Source: an uncultured Mageeibacillus sp. (GTDB taxonomy: Bacteria; Bacillota; Clostridia; Saccharofermentanales; DTU023). From it: a DNA stretch of 53,540 bases. The stretch is from positions 88,601 to 142,140 of the forward strand of contig CAYFVK010000001.1 in NCBI GenBank assembly GCA_964346695.1, given 5' to 3'. This document shows, piece after piece, positions 27,246 to 36,723 of the stretch (position 1 is the first letter of the stretch; each line of letters begins with the position of its first letter). The translations under genes were made by a program, and so were the position numbers. The notes below the pieces were generated by a model, which searched no databases, was not told where the DNA came from, and saw only the letters and a program-made list of their open reading frames with translations.

Positions 27246-28256
27246 ATGCAGAACAGTTTTTATTGGCTCGATGAATTTTTCAGTTATTTTTCCGGCATTA
27301 AGGAAAGATCGGAAGGGACGATTCAGGAATATCAATATGATCTTGAATTGTTTTTTCGCTTTCTGAAGAATTATCGCGGGCTGGCAAAACCGGATCAGGA
27401 TTTTAATAAGATCGATATCTCGGATATTGACGCAGAATTTTTGAATTCCATTCAACTGAGTGAAATGTATCGTTTTGTTTCCTGGCTCGGCAAGCAAAGA
27501 GATAACGGTCCTGCCGCCAGGTCAAGACGAATTTCCGCTCTGCGTTCTTTTTTCAATTATCTTTATGTAAAAGCCAAGGTCATCGATAACAATCCCGCCG
27601 CTGAGCTGGAATCGCCGAAAATCAGAAAAACTTTGCCCCGCCATCTGAGCGTAGAAGAAAGCGTGAATGTTTTAAAGGAGGCGGCAAATTCCGAGGATGC
27701 TTTAGCTGAAAGGGATTATTGCATATTAACTTTATTCTTGAATTGCGGCATGCGACTTTCCGAATTGTGCGGAATCGATCTGGACGATATTCGCGAGGAT
27801 ACCTTGACAGTGATGGGCAAAGGCGGCAAAGAACGGACGATTTATTTAAACAGCATTTGCCTTCAGGCAATCGATCAATATTTACCGCATCGTTTGGAGC
27901 CGAGAGCGGATGATAAAGACGCCCAAAACGCCTTATTCATCAGCCGCAACAGAAGAAGGATTTCGCAGCGGGCCGTTCAGAATATGGTTAAAAAATATAT
28001 TCGCATGGCCGGGCTGGATCCGAAAAAATATTCAGTGCATAAATTGCGCCATACGGCAGCCACATTGATGTATCAGCATGGACATGTTGATTTGCGGAGC
28101 TTGCAGCAAATTTTAGGCCATTCGAGTGTTTCGACAACAGAAATTTATACCCATATCAACGATGATATGCTGCATGAGGCGGTAGAAAAAAATCCCTTAA
28201 ACACCTATCGCAAATCGGATTTTAAGAATAATGACCATGCTGCTGACACAGAGTAA
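27246..28256 (+). CDS. Tyrosine site-specific recombinase, XerC/XerD family
   Basis: 336 aa. All catalytic signature residues are visible: ARSRRISALRSFF, GMRLSEL (R), GKGGKERT (K), HKLRHTAAT (HxxR), LGHSSVSTTEIYTH (H...Y). Confidence 0.88.
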   Translation: MQNSFYWLDEFFSYFSGIKERSEGTIQEYQYDLELFFRFLKNYRGLAKPDQDFNKIDISDIDAEFLNSIQLSEMYRFVSWLGKQRDNGPAARSRRISALRSFFNYLYVKAKVIDNNPAAELESPKIRKTLPRHLSVEESVNVLKEAANSEDALAERDYCILTLFLNCGMRLSELCGIDLDDIREDTLTVMGKGGKERTIYLNSICLQAIDQYLPHRLEPRADDKDAQNALFISRNRRRISQRAVQNMVKKYIRMAGLDPKKYSVHKLRHTAATLMYQHGHVDLRSLQQILGHSSVSTTEIYTHINDDMLHEAVEKNPLNTYRKSDFKNNDHAADTE

Positions 28257-28280
28257 TAAAAATAAAAAGGACGAAATAAC

Positions 28281-29216
28281 ATGAGCAAAGATTTTTTGAT
28301 TGATCAAAAGCACACGCAAATCGCAGCCATCTTGAACATTACACCGGATTCCTTTTCTGACGGGAACTTATATTATGATCCGGAAAAGGCCCTGCAACAA
28401 GCTGTTAAACTGGAACAGGAAGGTGCCGATTTATTGGATATCGGAGCGGAATCAACCAGACCCGGCAGCAAATTATTGACAGCCGCTGAAGAAATCGCGC
28501 GCTTAAAACCTGTTCTTCCTTTATTGCGAAAAAATTGCCATATTCCCTTCTCATTGGATACCAGAAAAGCGGAGGTCGCCCGTTTTGCTGTAGCGGAGGG
28601 AGTAACGATCATCAATGATGTTACCGGTCTCTTGGCTGATTCCGCGCTGGCTTCCCTCGTTGCCGAAACGCAAAGTTATATCATTATTATGTTTAACGCG
28701 GTGGTCGCCAGACCGAATCATGCTGAAAGCCGGCTGTTTCCCGATTTTTTATCAGAACAAGCATCCGATATTTTTTCAGCGTCGGATTATGAAAAGATGG
28801 CACATTTGCCAATCCTCGATTTGGTTCGCTTTTATCTCGAAAAATCATTATGCGTAGCTAAAAAAGCCGGCATTAAGGAAGAAAAGATTTTGCTCGATCC
28901 GGGAATCGGTTTCGGCTTAACGAAAAATGAAAATTTATCCTTATTAAAAAATATTGAGCAGATACAGAATATGGGCTTTCCGATTTTTTTAGGAGTATCC
29001 AGAAAACGATTTGTGGTGCAGATCCTACAGAATATCGGACTTGAAGCCGATCCCAAATTGAAAGCGGGATTTATCCACCGCGATCAAGCCTCTGCCGCTA
29101 TCACCGCCTATGCCGCAAGCAAGGGAATTTCCGTCGTGCGTACACATACCGTAAAAGAGCATAAAATTGCGGCAGAGATAGGCTCAGCTATTTATCAATC
29201 TACTCCGCGGGATTGA
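28281..29216 (+). CDS. folP: Dihydropteroate synthase
   Basis: 311 aa. ILNITPDSFSDG, DIGAESTRPG, DPGIGFGLTK, and a GVSRKRF-type motif. Confidence 0.92.
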   Translation: MSKDFLIDQKHTQIAAILNITPDSFSDGNLYYDPEKALQQAVKLEQEGADLLDIGAESTRPGSKLLTAAEEIARLKPVLPLLRKNCHIPFSLDTRKAEVARFAVAEGVTIINDVTGLLADSALASLVAETQSYIIIMFNAVVARPNHAESRLFPDFLSEQASDIFSASDYEKMAHLPILDLVRFYLEKSLCVAKKAGIKEEKILLDPGIGFGLTKNENLSLLKNIEQIQNMGFPIFLGVSRKRFVVQILQNIGLEADPKLKAGFIHRDQASAAITAYAASKGISVVRTHTVKEHKIAAEIGSAIYQSTPRD

Positions 29217-29916
29217 TAAACAAAGCGAGTCGTCCGTCGGAAAAACGAATCTTGATCAAACCCGCACAAGGATGCAGGTCATTTTTTGCCACGTTGCTGA
29301 TACCTCTGGATTCGCCATATTTAAGCGTATAGTCTGTTAGTTTATATTCCGTGTTTTCAATGGTCAGGCGTCCGACCTGCTCCGACATTGACAAGATTGA
29401 AAACACAGATTTTATTTGATATTGAAACTCCGGTATCGGTAAGTCTTTAAGCTGAATTTCTCTCATCTCATCCCGCTCTGCCCGGAAAATAAATTGCCAG
29501 CGTAAACCATCCGAAAGAATAAAATCCGCGTGATCGGAATTTCGACAAGCTAAAAATTGATTGGACAGAAGATGATCATAGCGATTGCCGAATGCCGCGA
29601 ACAAAGCGATGACAGGTTTATTCTCAACATTATGAACGCCGGCCAACACTTTTTGCAAAGCCAGCTCCGAATCTGTGAAATCCTTTTTTACCGGAAATTT
29701 CTGAACCGGAATAAGATTATCCTTTAAATATTTCAGATCTTTCTCAGCAATGGAATCCTGATCTCCGATAAAAAACTCGGGACAGCGATTTAATTCTCTT
29801 AAATGGCGTATGCCGCCATCCACGGCGATCACATGATCCGATTGATTGATCGCTTGGAGCAAAGCGTTGCGGTCGGCAATTTCGCCATTTAATATGATCG
29901 TAGTATTAATTTTCAT
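29200..29916 (-). CDS. thiN: Thiamine diphosphokinase
   Basis: 238 aa. ILNGE...VIAVDGG...GDQDSI motif. Conserved position after rpe in the prkC-rsgA-rpe-thiN cluster. Confidence 0.8.
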   Translation of the reverse strand: MKINTTIILNGEIADRNALLQAINQSDHVIAVDGGIRHLRELNRCPEFFIGDQDSIAEKDLKYLKDNLIPVQKFPVKKDFTDSELALQKVLAGVHNVENKPVIALFAAFGNRYDHLLSNQFLACRNSDHADFILSDGLRWQFIFRAERDEMREIQLKDLPIPEFQYQIKSVFSILSMSEQVGRLTIENTEYKLTDYTLKYGESRGISNVAKNDLHPCAGLIKIRFSDGRLALFINPAE

Positions 29917-29917
29917 C

Positions 29918-30601
29918 TTATGCCGGGAAATGCTGAGCTAAAGAGCGCATTTTAGCAATTTCCCCCGCCCTGTCATGTTTCGAAAAAATCGCGCTGCCGG
30001 CTACAAAAGCATTGGCTCCGGCTGCCGCCACTCTTTCGATATTTTTAGCGGAAATTCCGCCGTCAACTTCCAGATAAATGTCATAGCCTGAGCGATCGAT
30101 CATTGCTCTGGTTCTTTCGATTTTGCTGATCATACTTTCGATAAATGACTGCCCGCCAAAACCGGGATTTACCGTCATAATTAAGATCAAGTCCAAATAA
30201 GGCAGATATTCCTCTAACGTTTCTATGGAAGTGCCGGGATTTAAGGCCATACCGGCAAGACAGCCCGAATCTTTTATCCTTTGTATGGTACGGTGACCAT
30301 GGATCGCGACTTCCTGATGGATTGTGATCAGCGCGGCTCCTGCAGCACTGAATTGTTCTATATATTCGTCCGGATTTGAAATCATCAAATGAACGTCGAG
30401 CGGCAGATCGGTGTGAGGTCTGATCGCTTCTGCAACGACCGTACCAAAGGAAAGATTCGGCACAAAATGACCGTCCATCACATCAAAATGAATCCAATCC
30501 GCGTCTTTAATGCTCTTTACCTCTTCAGCCAGATTAGCAAAATCAGCGGCTAAAATGCTGGGACTGATAACAAGATTTTTTTCTTTAGTAATAGCTGTCA
30601 T
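29918..30601 (-). CDS. rpe: Ribulose-phosphate 3-epimerase
   Basis: ISPSILAADF, HFDVMDGHFVPN, MTVNPGFGGQ, EVDGGI. The track start (30613) is a TTG. The ATG at 30601 has GGAG 7 nt upstream. Confidence 0.95.
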   Translation of the reverse strand: MTAITKEKNLVISPSILAADFANLAEEVKSIKDADWIHFDVMDGHFVPNLSFGTVVAEAIRPHTDLPLDVHLMISNPDEYIEQFSAAGAALITIHQEVAIHGHRTIQRIKDSGCLAGMALNPGTSIETLEEYLPYLDLILIMTVNPGFGGQSFIESMISKIERTRAMIDRSGYDIYLEVDGGISAKNIERVAAAGANAFVAGSAIFSKHDRAGEIAKMRSLAQHFPA

Positions 30602-30613
30602 AATAATCTCCAA

Positions 30614-31507
30614 TCAATATTGATTAATTTTTTTAATTTCATCTCTTAAATAATAATAACGTTGCAGACGATCGGGAAATATCTGTGTTTTATCTGCGTT
30701 TTTAATCGCGCAGCCCGGCTCATGACGATGTGTGCAATTATTAAATTTACATTTATCCGATAACTTTTTGATTTCGGGATAGGAGTTGGCAAATTCTTCT
30801 TCAGTTATTTCAGCTTGATCAAATTGAATTGTTTGAAAGCCGGGAGTATCCGCGATATAACTGTTTTCAAACGGAAAAAGCTCGATATGCCTCGTGGTTT
30901 GCTTCCCTCGACCCGTTTTATCAGATAATTCTCCGGTAATCATTCTGTCCTGTTCAAACAGACGATTTAACAGAGTAGATTTGCCTGCTCCGCTTTGGCC
31001 GGCTAAAGCTACGGATAAATCGGTAATATATTGTTTCAGTTCATGCAAATCATCATCTTCTTGTTTGCCGAGCTCAAAAATCTTTAGACCGGTCGGTAAA
31101 TAATTATCTAAAATCGTTTGTTTATTATCGTCCAAATCAATTTTGGTGAACAACAGAACCGGTTCAATATCGGACAAAATAGAATAAGATATCAAGCGAT
31201 CTGTCAAAAATAAATCGGCTTCCGGCAAATGAGTTGAAATTGTAATCAACAATACATCAAGGTTTGCCATAGGCGGTCTTTTCAGCTGATTTTTGCGCGG
31301 TAATATTTTATCGACAACATAGGGAATATCCGGGTCACCGCTTGGGGAATACTCTACGATATCCCCCGGCAACGGGATTAAATCTTTTTTTCTGAAAATT
31401 CCTCTGGCGACAGCAACCCCTTCAAAAGCAGGGTGATAGCGATGTAAATAAAAATGGCCTCCTACTCCTTTTAGGATAACTGCTTGATTATTTTTTAGTC
31501 CTATCAC
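30614..31507 (-). CDS. rsgA: Ribosome small-subunit-dependent GTPase A
   Basis: 297 aa. Circularly permuted GTPase (TKIDL ... GQSGAGKSTL). C-terminal zinc knuckle CKFNNCTHRHEPGC. GTG start. Confidence 0.92.
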   Translation of the reverse strand: MIGLKNNQAVILKGVGGHFYLHRYHPAFEGVAVARGIFRKKDLIPLPGDIVEYSPSGDPDIPYVVDKILPRKNQLKRPPMANLDVLLITISTHLPEADLFLTDRLISYSILSDIEPVLLFTKIDLDDNKQTILDNYLPTGLKIFELGKQEDDDLHELKQYITDLSVALAGQSGAGKSTLLNRLFEQDRMITGELSDKTGRGKQTTRHIELFPFENSYIADTPGFQTIQFDQAEITEEEFANSYPEIKKLSDKCKFNNCTHRHEPGCAIKNADKTQIFPDRLQRYYYLRDEIKKINQY

Positions 31508-31548
31508 GATATTACTCTTATCCTGTTCAATTACGGATCGATCAAATC

Positions 31549-33720
31549 TTATGGCTCTATGTCAGAAGGCTCATTTTCGGGCGGTTCTGTCTCAGGCGGT
31601 TCCGTTTCCGGAGGTTCTGTTTCAGGAGGCTGAGTAGTTGACTCTGTTGTCGGAGGCTGAGTAGTTGACTCTGTTGTCGGAGCCTCAGTCGGATTAATCT
31701 GATTTTGATAATCATCGGCGGTACCTAAAACAAAGGTGATTTCGGAACTGCTGGTCACCTGTGTACCGGCAGCCAATGACTGTTCCAAAATATAGCAATC
31801 CTCCGGATTGGTTTTATGATAAGCAACTTCCATCGAAGCCTGACTGATATATTGTACGTTGATCACGCTGGGCGCCGATGAGCCCCAGCTGTTCATTTCC
31901 GCATAAGCGACATCTAAGGTTTTTCCGACAAAATCCGGCATTTTAATAGCCTGCGTTGTGGATTCCGTAGGATTCATATAATCGTTATATTGCTTGGAAG
32001 TACCGTAAGTAACTGAAACGGAGCTGCCTATCCGAACCTCGGAATTTGCCTCGGGCGACTGCATGATAATGATTCTGTCAGCTTCCGCGACACTGCCTTC
32101 ATAGCCTGTGGCCCGTCCCATTTCAAGATTAGCCCCTTCCAGAATAGCCAATGCATCATTCCAGGAATAGCCGACCAGCATCGGGACAATCGTTGTGGAA
32201 TTTCCGGTAGAAACATAGATATATACCGATTCGCCTGCCGGCAAAACACTGCCGCCGATCGGCACTGAACGGATGACCTGATTTTTTTCAACCTGAGTTG
32301 AATTTTCATCGACTACAATCACGCCATAACCTGCGGCAAGCAGTTCTGCTTCGGCGTCTTCGCGCGTGTAACCGGTGATGTCCGGAACTTTTGAATCCTC
32401 GCTGCCGGCACTGACTTTGAATTTAAGTTTATCGAGCCCCTTGTTGAAACGTTGATTTGCTTCAGGTTCCTGATCAAAAATATTTCCTTTAGCAACATCG
32501 TTCTTAACCCATTCGACGAATATGTCCTGATCGATTTTCAGCTGATATTGATCTGACAATTCCCGCATCACATCTTCGATATTTCGTCCCGTATAATCTT
32601 CGATCACAAAACTGACATTTGACTTGTCTCCGTCTTTTTGTGAATTCATAAATCGATTATAGATCCAGATAAAACCGACCACAAGCAGGGCTAAAGCGAT
32701 AACGACGATAATGATAACGCCGGCGGTATCCCGCGTTTTAGATTTCTTCCGCTGATTGATCGAATTTTCTACTTCATAAATTTTATTATAATTAGATCCT
32801 CTGGATTTTGAGCCAAGTGCGGATGAAGTAACTACTTGATTTCTGTTTCCGGTAACCACTCCATATCTGCCGTTGGGATTATTCATAAAGGCGTCTAATT
32901 CAGATACAAATTCTCTGGCGTCGCGATAACGATTGGCAGGACTTTTTTGAATAGCTTTGAAAACAATATTATCTAAAGCGCGCGGCAGATCATTAACATA
33001 TTTGCTGGGCGGATCAGGCATTTCCTGCAATTGTTTAATGGCAACGGCAACAGAAGATTCACCGTCAAAAGGCAATTCTCCGGTCAGCATTTCATAGAGA
33101 ATAATCCCCAGCGAATATAAGTCCGAACGTTCAGTAACATGACCGCCTCTCGCCTGTTCGGGCGAAAAGTAATGGACTGAACCGAAAGCTACTCCGCCTG
33201 TTAAGGTGATCGTATTGGCATTGGTCGTCCGCGCTATGCCGAAATCGGTAACTTTCGCGATCATATCGGAAGTAATCATCACATTTTGCGGTTTCATATC
33301 CCGATGGATAACTCCGCGCTTATGGGCGTGTTCAAGGGCAAGACTGATCTGTATCATCAAAGGTACAGCCAGATGATAATCAAGGGCACCTTGTTCCCTG
33401 ATCAGATCCTTTAAGGTTTTTCCCTCAACATATTCCTGGACAATATAACGAATGTTGTCATCCTGACCGTAATCCAAAACAGCAACAATATTGGGATGAT
33501 CAAGGCTGGCCGCGGCTCTTGCCTCGGTTGCGAATCTTCTGATAAATTCCGGATCATCAGAAAGTTCATCGCGCATCACCTTTAAAGCTACATAAGAATT
33601 ATTTTGCAGATCTTTCGCCAAATAAACATAGGCCATACCACCCTGACCCAAGGCACGAATAATACTGTATCGATTGCCTAAGACCTTTCCCGGTGATAAT
33701 TGTTGACGATTATTATTCAT
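31549..33720 (-). CDS. prkC: Ser/Thr protein kinase with extracellular PASTA repeats (PrkC/Stk1 type)
   Basis: 723 aa. Kinase motifs GQGGMAYVY, HRDMKPQN, DFGIA. One TM helix, about four PASTA units, and a P/T/E-rich repetitive C-terminus. GGGAGG RBS. Confidence 0.93.
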   Translation of the reverse strand: MNNNRQQLSPGKVLGNRYSIIRALGQGGMAYVYLAKDLQNNSYVALKVMRDELSDDPEFIRRFATEARAAASLDHPNIVAVLDYGQDDNIRYIVQEYVEGKTLKDLIREQGALDYHLAVPLMIQISLALEHAHKRGVIHRDMKPQNVMITSDMIAKVTDFGIARTTNANTITLTGGVAFGSVHYFSPEQARGGHVTERSDLYSLGIILYEMLTGELPFDGESSVAVAIKQLQEMPDPPSKYVNDLPRALDNIVFKAIQKSPANRYRDAREFVSELDAFMNNPNGRYGVVTGNRNQVVTSSALGSKSRGSNYNKIYEVENSINQRKKSKTRDTAGVIIIVVIALALLVVGFIWIYNRFMNSQKDGDKSNVSFVIEDYTGRNIEDVMRELSDQYQLKIDQDIFVEWVKNDVAKGNIFDQEPEANQRFNKGLDKLKFKVSAGSEDSKVPDITGYTREDAEAELLAAGYGVIVVDENSTQVEKNQVIRSVPIGGSVLPAGESVYIYVSTGNSTTIVPMLVGYSWNDALAILEGANLEMGRATGYEGSVAEADRIIIMQSPEANSEVRIGSSVSVTYGTSKQYNDYMNPTESTTQAIKMPDFVGKTLDVAYAEMNSWGSSAPSVINVQYISQASMEVAYHKTNPEDCYILEQSLAAGTQVTSSSEITFVLGTADDYQNQINPTEAPTTESTTQPPTTESTTQPPETEPPETEPPETEPPENEPSDIEP
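31579..31678. repeat. In-frame tandem repeats in the prkC 3' end
   Basis: A perfect 27-bp duplication ggaggctgagtagttgactctgttgtc at 31625-31651 and 31652-31678 encodes TTESTTQPP twice. About three imperfect 15-bp units (ggYggttcYgtYtcM) at roughly 31579-31624 encode ETEPP repeats. Confidence 0.85.
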
Positions 33721-33739
33721 CGATTCCTCCCAAACATGT

Positions 33740-34489
33740 TTATTCTATGAACACTGCTATGACAGTAACATTGTCCGGCCCGCCTTTAGCAAGGGCTTCG
33801 TCAATTAATTTTTGACACATTTGTTCAGGATCATTCAGTTGAGCCATAATTTTCTCTATTTTATTTTCTTCAACATAACCATGTAACCCATCTGAGCAGA
33901 GTAAATAACGATCATGTTTTTTTATATCACAATGTAAAATATCCGGTTTTAAATACTCGACAGATCCTAAAGCCTGAGTCAGAACATGGCGCTGCGGATG
34001 TGTAAAAGATTCCGCCGTGCTCAATGTGCCTGCTTCCACCATCTCGGAAACAACCGTATGATCTTTCGTCAAAGATTCCAAATAACGATTTCGCATGAAA
34101 TAACAACGAGAGTCACCTATATGCCCGATATATAAGCCGGATTTGTAAAATACGGCAATCGTTAAGGTTGTGCCCATGCCTATGCTTTTGGGCGTATCTA
34201 ATGAATTCAGGTATACTTTTATGTTCGCTTTTTGAATTGTATCATTTAATAAATACTGAATTTTTTGAGGATCTTCATCTAAAGGCAAATCGCTCTTTAA
34301 TCTGTCCTCGACATATTCCACGGCGATTTTACTGGCCAGTTCACCATTTAAATGCCCGCCCATACCATCTGCAACGACACAGACAAGAGGAAGCCCTTCG
34401 TCCAATTCAAAAATACTGTAATTGTCCTCGTTACTTTCCCGTACAAGACCAACATTTGTTAAAGCTGCCAACCTAAATTTCTTAGACAT
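33740..34489 (-). CDS. stp: PP2C-family Ser/Thr phosphatase (Stp/PrpC)
   Basis: 249 aa. NEDN, VADGMGGH, LLCSDGL, GGPDNVT motifs. Directly upstream of prkC. Confidence 0.93.
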   Translation of the reverse strand: MSKKFRLAALTNVGLVRESNEDNYSIFELDEGLPLVCVVADGMGGHLNGELASKIAVEYVEDRLKSDLPLDEDPQKIQYLLNDTIQKANIKVYLNSLDTPKSIGMGTTLTIAVFYKSGLYIGHIGDSRCYFMRNRYLESLTKDHTVVSEMVEAGTLSTAESFTHPQRHVLTQALGSVEYLKPDILHCDIKKHDRYLLCSDGLHGYVEENKIEKIMAQLNDPEQMCQKLIDEALAKGGPDNVTVIAVFIE

Positions 34490-34758
34490 AATTTACTCTC
34501 TCATTTTTATAATTTTATAATAAATCTATATCTCTGCAAAATACAATTCTATAATAAAGGCCAAGCATAGGCAAGCGGTACATTTACTCCGAAAATCAGC
34601 CGGAGATCGCAGAATGACGCAGCCCGGGAAGTGCAAAGCAGGCTCAAATTGCACATCGTTTTAATCTGTAATAAAATAAATTCTTAGTTCTGACACAGAT
34701 AGAAAACAACATGCCTTTCCATAAATAATCGACAGTTCTGTATGGGAGAATTGATTTT

Positions 34759-35661
34759 ATGAATAGATATACGACTCAGCACAACAATCATGATGTTAAC
34801 CTAAAACGTTCAAGAGCAAATCAACGTTCTCGGAGAAGAGGCAAAAAAGGATTTGCCTTTCTTTATTGCTTAATCCTGATCCTTGCAGGAGCGCTCTTCT
34901 TTTTATATGGATTAAACGGAAATTTATCGGAGCTGCCCCATTATTTTGAAAACCGTTTTCATCCTTCTTATGACCGCCTGCCGACTGCCTACAGTCCATT
35001 TGCCAAGCCGTCTGTTTTAGCAGAATCCCTGTATAAGCAACATAAAGCTGATTATTCGGATAGTGAAAAAATCCAAATCAGGAGAGAACCAGCTTCAGTT
35101 GAGTTTTTTGTCCGTCTGCACAGCGGCAGAACAGACACTTTATCTGAAACTGAAGACAGAATCATCGGCGGTTTTTTGCCGCATTATGTGCAGTGGGATC
35201 AACGCTGGGCATTCCATAACTATATTGACGCTCCGTTGGCTGTTACCGGCTGCGGCCCCTGTTGTCTTTCTATGGTTTATACGGGTCTGACCGGAAATAC
35301 GGATTTGCCGCCGGACAAGGTGGCCGATTTTGCTCTGGAGAACGGTTATTATGTGGAGGATGTCGGTACGGCCTGGTCTTTGTTTGACGAGGGCGCTACT
35401 CAAATCGGACTGAACGCTGAGAGTTTAACGGTCAGTCCGGCTGATTTCGAATCCGCTCTGGATTCCGGAAAGCTGATCATCCTTTCGCTCGGACCGGGCG
35501 ATTTTACAACTGTCGGGCATTTCATTGTCGTATGGTCGCATGCTCAGGATAATTATCAGATTTTAGATCCTTTCAATGTTCAGCTCAGCCGCAAAACTTG
35601 GAAATTTACCGACCTGGCCAGACAAACCGCCGCTGCATGGGCCTTCAGCGCAAATAGATAA
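34759..35661 (+). CDS. Membrane-anchored C39-like (papain-fold) cysteine peptidase domain protein
   Basis: 300 aa. Basic N-terminus plus a TM helix (FAFLYCLILILAGALFFLYGL). VQWDQRW ... GCGPCCLSMVY (Cys) ... GHFIVVW (His) ... LDPF, typical of the Peptidase_C39_2/YvpB-like family. Confidence 0.7.
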   Translation: MNRYTTQHNNHDVNLKRSRANQRSRRRGKKGFAFLYCLILILAGALFFLYGLNGNLSELPHYFENRFHPSYDRLPTAYSPFAKPSVLAESLYKQHKADYSDSEKIQIRREPASVEFFVRLHSGRTDTLSETEDRIIGGFLPHYVQWDQRWAFHNYIDAPLAVTGCGPCCLSMVYTGLTGNTDLPPDKVADFALENGYYVEDVGTAWSLFDEGATQIGLNAESLTVSPADFESALDSGKLIILSLGPGDFTTVGHFIVVWSHAQDNYQILDPFNVQLSRKTWKFTDLARQTAAAWAFSANR

Positions 35662-35667
35662 ATACGG

Positions 35668-36723
35668 CTATGCCTGCGTTTTCAAATTTTGCCGTCTCAG
35701 CTGACCGCAGGCCGCGCTGATATCCTGACCGGCGGAGTAACGCACCGTAGCGTTGATCTGATGAGCTTGTAAAATTTTCTGAAACCGGTCGATATTCGTT
35801 TTATCCGGTCTGGTCCAATCCGAATCCGGTATTTCATTTGCAGGTATCAGATTGACATGAGCGTGTTTCCCTTTTAGGAGTGCCGCTAATTTCTCGGCGT
35901 CTTTGTGCTGATCATTCACATTTTTAAACAGAGCATATTCATAGGTTACTCTTCTGCCCGTTTTTTCAAAATAATAATCCGCCGCCGCAACGATATCCTG
36001 AATGCTGTAATGCCTGCCGATCGGCATCAGCTGATTGCGAGTTTGCTGATCGGCGGAATGCAGAGAAATTGCCAATGTGATCGGCAAATTTTCTTCCGCT
36101 AAAGCTCTTATCTGCGGTACTAAGCCGCAGGTAGACAGGGTCACATTGCGCAGACTGATCGTAATCCCCTCTTCGGTCCGAAGCCGCTTCAAAAACAGAA
36201 TCGTCTGATCATAATTATCAAGTGCTTCTCCGATTCCCATTAAAACCAGATGACTTACTCTGGCCTTTTCCGCGTGAGCGATCAAAGCGACTTGGGCAAG
36301 CATTTCCCCCGCACTTAGATGCCTTTTTAAGCCAAGCTTGGCCGAAGCACAAAAACGGCAGCCCATGCGGCAACCTGCCTGTGTGGTCAAACATACTGAA
36401 AAACCATAAGGATAATGCATAGCAACCGTTTCAATCAGATTTTCATCCTGCAAAGCAAGAAGATATTTTTTCACAGGTTCTTTTACAGATTCTTCTACTT
36501 TGACAATTTTCAGAGGCGGCCAATACATTTCTCGAGCCAGAATCCCGCGCATATCTTTTGAGATGTTCGTCATTTCGTCCACAGATTGGATATACTTTCC
36601 CTGCCATTCCAATAATTGTTTAATGCGATAATTTTGCCAATGATATTTTTCAGCTAATTGCCGCATTGACTCGAAATCATAATCATAAAAAGTTTTTGTA
36701 AAATTAGAAAGATCATTGTTCAT
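35668..36723 (-). CDS. rlmN: 23S rRNA (A2503-C2)/tRNA methyltransferase RlmN (radical SAM)
   Basis: 351 aa. CRMGCRFC radical-SAM cluster, MGIGEALDN, C-terminal SAACGQLR. Confidence 0.93.
   Translation of the reverse strand: MNNDLSNFTKTFYDYDFESMRQLAEKYHWQNYRIKQLLEWQGKYIQSVDEMTNISKDMRGILAREMYWPPLKIVKVEESVKEPVKKYLLALQDENLIETVAMHYPYGFSVCLTTQAGCRMGCRFCASAKLGLKRHLSAGEMLAQVALIAHAEKARVSHLVLMGIGEALDNYDQTILFLKRLRTEEGITISLRNVTLSTCGLVPQIRALAEENLPITLAISLHSADQQTRNQLMPIGRHYSIQDIVAAADYYFEKTGRRVTYEYALFKNVNDQHKDAEKLAALLKGKHAHVNLIPANEIPDSDWTRPDKTNIDRFQKILQAHQINATVRYSAGQDISAACGQLRRQNLKTQA

Noticed and set aside
27240-27251. GAACATATGCAG resembling half of a Cheo SOS box at the recombinase start codon
   Set aside because: Only the left half-site matches (GAAC-N4-GCAG instead of GTTC), and it overlaps the ATG. 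This is most likely chance.
34558-34660. Possible c-di-GMP-I (GEMM) or c-di-AMP (ydaO) riboswitch upstream of the C39-like peptidase gene
   Set aside because: There are only fragmentary resemblances (GGCAAGC, GACGCAGCC, GCAAAGC, CCGAA). The conserved paired-helix architecture and the full core motifs are not present by eye. I keep it only as an unexplained GC-rich island in the findings.
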